A DNA stretch of 64,000 nt, taken from Gordius albopunctatus. Lineage: Eukaryota. A program made the translations under genes and the position numbers. Below the pieces are notes generated by a model. The model did no database searches. It had not been told where the DNA came from and saw only the letters and a list, made by a program, of their open reading frames with translations. Below are positions 59,939-64,000 of the stretch, piece after piece. How positions within the stretch are numbered: position 1 is the stretch's first letter; the number at the start of each line of letters is the position of its first letter. The stretch is taken from NCBI GenBank assembly GCA_964276515.1, contig OZ193909.1, positions 20,832,001 to 20,896,000 on the forward strand, read 5' to 3'.

Positions 59939-62793
59939 CAGATATAAAAATTAAATTTGTCACCCAAACTTGTTGACAATTGTCACAATTGTCATTGAAA
60001 AAGTTAAATTAATTTTTAACGAGAATTGATGGGTAGAGATTAAAAATATTTATTTACACCTAGATGTATTAATGGAGTCCCTTGATAATTATATAGATCG
60101 ATTATTTATAAATTTTTAAAATTTTAATTATCATGTAAGTCGTTCATAAATTTATAGTAAATGTTAATTGAAACTACGGCTGAAATGGTGGCATTTAATA
60201 TATGTAACTCTGTAAGCGTCAATTACGACAATGGTCACTAACATAATAATTTGACAAATAAAAAATTTTATAATAGCTTTACGACACCTTGACCCACAAT
60301 TAAAAAAATATTTATTTAGTTCTATAAGTGAGAATTATGACAATTATCATCAAGATAGGTTGACTAATTTAAGTTTTATAGTTTCAACTACTTTATAAAA
60401 TTAGGTAAAAGATTTTACTCAGCTTCATATGCGGCAATTATAACACCTGTTACCAAGTAAGACTGACAAAGCTAGTGTTATATTTTAACTAACTTTATAA
60501 CATCTTTACCCCCTGATATTTGTTAAATAAATCTATTTAGTTCTATAAACGATAAATATAAAGATTGCCTCAAGTTAATTTGACAAATTTAGTTTCTATA
60601 TGTGTAACAATTTTGTGATACCCGAACCCATCAATTTTCGTTAGAAATCCTATTTAGTTTTTTAGATAACAATTATGACAATTGTCACCAAGATAAGTTT
60701 ACAAATTCAAATTTCCTATTTGAACAACTTTGTAACACCTATGGTATTACCTAATTAGAATAGTGGTACCTTTATAATTTAGATATCACGTTGTTCACAT
60801 TCCTTCTTACTCGATGAATACACACTATTCATACTCCTCCTTATTCTATCCATAATGATTATAATTTGAATAGCCCCCAACTACCTTACGAGTTATGTAT
60901 ATTAACTTCGATAGATGGTATATAAACTAATGCGTAGCGATCGAATTATTATATTGTATCTTTTGGTTTGATATTAATAAAGTTCCTTTAGTTAGAACAA
61001 AGTAGGCCAAAACCCCTACACACCCTAGCCCACCAATTTTCGTTAAAAGAATTTATTTAGTTCTGTAAGCGACAATTATGACAATTGTCACAAAAAAAGG
61101 CAAAAAGACCTAAGGTCTTTTTTATAGAGAAAAACGCACGTCTTTTGAGATTGACATTGCTGGTTCAAATCTCGCTTTAATACTTTTTTTACTTTTAAAT
61201 AAAATGTCTGAGAAAAATATTGAACAAAATTGGAACAAAGAACTGAGAAAATGAATTAAAACTGAACAAAAAATTATTTACTGAGCATTTTAATATTTTA
61301 TTTTGCGGGAATTAAATACTGGGCACAAAATTTTGCTCTCATTTTTTATAATAATAATAATAGCAAACATATTACTTTTCGCTCTTATTAGAGCTCATAA
61401 CTATACTATAATTCGATTTTAATCACTTAATAAAGCTTCAAATTAGATTCAGATCACATTTAGGGTTGTTAAGAATAAACTACCTAAATTGTTAAATAAG
61501 AATAATCGCCATCTAATAACGGAACAAATTGAACCCGATCGGTGAAAAATAACTACATTAATAAATAATGAAATTTGTTGCGATTTGTAAATTATTCATG
61601 ATTATTCATTAATATACTTTGTAGTGGAGATTATCTAATATGTATGATTGCAGTTTCCATCCATGACGCACGAGAAATCATTAATGTTATTTACGTCTAC
61701 AACCAATACGCCGTAAACTGCATCTGTTTTGATCGATAAAGGGCCATATTTGAAAAAGAAACTATACGTACAAGATGTTTTGTCATCCCTTTAGATTTAC
61801 TAAACACCTTAGTTGATGACACCCTAATGGCAACAATTTTCCAATCATAGAATTTAGCTTAAAAACATCGCATTCTATTGTATGCATCGTTTTTAACATA
61901 ATGTCCATAATTACCGATGACTATGCTATAATATTTTATTTGTTCAATCTATATCTAAACGAAACTAACGATGGACTATCCTTGGGTACCATTTAGGCAA
62001 GATTGCATTATTTAATTCATAGTAACTCCTCTGTTATATAAAGATAATTTAAACTAATACATCGTCATTGCCTAATATTAAAACTCAAAATTAGCTTAAT
62101 CTTCTTGTATTCTACCTCTCAATGATGGATTCTGACAGCGGGAAATAAAATATTGTCAGATTCACCATTTTTATCAGTGAATGAGAATAGATTATGTCAT
62201 ATTATTATGTGATATAGTTACATCTATCCTGTTGAGAATTTTTGCCACCCCCACTATGTTAACTTATTGGTTAATTCATATATGACTTTCTAATTACCTA
62301 TGACATATATAAAATTGGTTTCTCGAACTCTAAGGTAATTAACGAAAGATGAAATTCTTTTTTCAACGTTTATGATTACAATACTCAATAATAACTGCTT
62401 ACTTCCAATAATATAGGACGAATTGAATGATTCACATCGGAACAAATATTATATTATTATTAGTGAATGAGGGAAAAGTAAGAATGATACTGAACGAGGG
62501 AAAAGTAAGAATGAATCGTGGGTTACAATAACGACAATAAAATAATGCTGGTTCTTCTAACGTACAGATTTTCTTCGCTGATGATTAACGTCTTTCTGTT
62601 ATTCGACGTATTGCGTTTATTAACATATATAAAGAAGATAGCCGCGCAATAAAATTAAATATAATAGGGTAAGATATAAAACGCCAGGTAGCGAGTACCA
62701 CAGTAATATAACTCCAAGACTCCATTTATTTACGAAAACTTTAGTCACTGAAGTCATCTTACCGCGACTTTGAAACGATTTTTATTTTTTTAT

Positions 62794-64000
62794 ATGGGTG
62801 ACAAAAACTTGTCCTCAGATCCCATTTCAAAAGAGGAACATTGTCTGCCCTATAAACAGTTTGACATATTCAACGATATTCAATTCAATACTTTTAATCA
62901 AATAATTAGCGTTGTTTTGCTTGCCAGTGGAGTGACCGGGAATATATTAGGAGTCTATGTAGCCAAAAAATCGAACGAAGATATCTCCACAACTACAACT
63001 AAACGCAATTTTGTGAACCAATTTCTCCTAACCCTATTTTATATCGTGAATTTTGTGAATACCTTATTCTTCATAGTGGATCCTTTGTTAAAAGTGTACG
63101 GAGATGGTTTGAAAAATCACGTGTGGAATAGTAAAGCTTGGGCAACCTACATCGCAAACTACAATTATCCAATTATAAAACCATTGATATCTTTTAGTTT
63201 TTGGTTATATTTAATTCTTTTTACCAATCAACTTATAGCCTTGAAATATCCGTTTAAATACAAATCATGGGTAACAATGTCGAGAGTATATAAGGTGTTG
63301 TCATTTGCTTTTATATATTGTATAATCTGGTACCTCCCTACTTATTTTTGGTATGAAGTTAAGAAAATATTAATATGCAGCGACGAATGTTTTATAAGAC
63401 ACGAAGAAAATAATAAATCTTTAAACATTACTAATAGAAATTCAAAATGCAGAAAATTTTATCTATACAACTATGTGTGGCCTACTCTCTTTTACGGAAA
63501 TGATTGTAATATCGGTAAAATATGGAACGCCTACCAAATATGTAGAGAATTATTAGTAAATATTTTGCCCTTCACCATCTTAATTATTGTTAAAGCAAAA
63601 TCATTTTTCAGTAATAAAAAGAGGCTTAGATCCATAAATGATACTACCATTAATAGTGTAGGTACAATGCTGAAAGCTACAAATAAAGTTTTTGTCAATG
63701 AAGTCACTCCAAATGTTACAGCTTGTGAAAATTCAGTGCGACCATTGAGTTCTGGACAAGAAACTACTAATCCGGGCCACAGATTATCTGCGTTGAGAGC
63801 TATGGAGAACAAACAACATCGAAGGACACTGATAATTTTAACTTGGGAATTTTTCTTTCTCATGCTACCCCTAAATTTGGCCCTAATGGCACAAAAGATC
63901 TTGCGTGAACGGTACTCAAGGTCAACGCTGGCTCCCATATACATATCCTTAACCATGCTACGATTTATATACGTGAGCTCCTCCTTCTACATCAACTTAG
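62794..64000 (+). CDS. Intronless divergent 7TM receptor, copy 2 (runs off the window end)
   Basis: ATG at 62794 (MGDKNLSSDPISKEEHC...), open to the window end and collinear with 42303-43634. It is absent from the ORF track, probably because no stop is reached. Confidence 0.85.
   Translation, partial: MGDKNLSSDPISKEEHCLPYKQFDIFNDIQFNTFNQIISVVLLASGVTGNILGVYVAKKSNEDISTTTTKRNFVNQFLLTLFYIVNFVNTLFFIVDPLLKVYGDGLKNHVWNSKAWATYIANYNYPIIKPLISFSFWLYLILFTNQLIALKYPFKYKSWVTMSRVYKVLSFAFIYCIIWYLPTYFWYEVKKILICSDECFIRHEENNKSLNITNRNSKCRKFYLYNYVWPTLFYGNDCNIGKIWNAYQICRELLVNILPFTILIIVKAKSFFSNKKRLRSINDTTINSVGTMLKATNKVFVNEVTPNVTACENSVRPLSSGQETTNPGHRLSALRAMENKQHRRTLIILTWEFFFLMLPLNLALMAQKILRERYSRSTLAPIYISLTMLRFIYVSSSFYINL

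Noticed and set aside
63531..63956. 141-aa minus-strand ORF (also 43274-43462 and 14686-15063)
   Set aside because: Antisense shadows of real coding sequence.

Overview
AT-rich animal (invertebrate) genomic DNA with spliceosomal introns; there are no prokaryotic features. A horsehair-worm (Nematomorpha) origin is my unverified guess. The left half holds four intron-containing housekeeping genes that I could assemble exon by exon: PKA catalytic subunit (+, 1942-9344), G6PD (-, 11010-16426), sphingosine kinase (-, 24372-27421) and UTP14 (-, 29519-34991). The right half holds two tandemly duplicated, intronless, divergent rhodopsin-like 7TM genes (42303-43634 and 62794->64000). Between and around them is a dense nest of RTE LINEs, CRE-type (RLE endonuclease) retrotransposons, hAT/Harbinger MITEs, Helitrons and a miniature LTR element. 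Best leads: (1) a second, frame-compatible copy of PKA exon 6 that lacks exactly the xYRDLKP catalytic loop; (2) a complete TRIM-like mini-LTR element; (3) repeated same-orientation insertion of CRE elements into one short stretch of RTE; (4) a 69-codon in-frame G6PD insert bounded by GT..AG; (5) 33-35 nt introns. All calls are from reading the sequence by eye; no searches were run.
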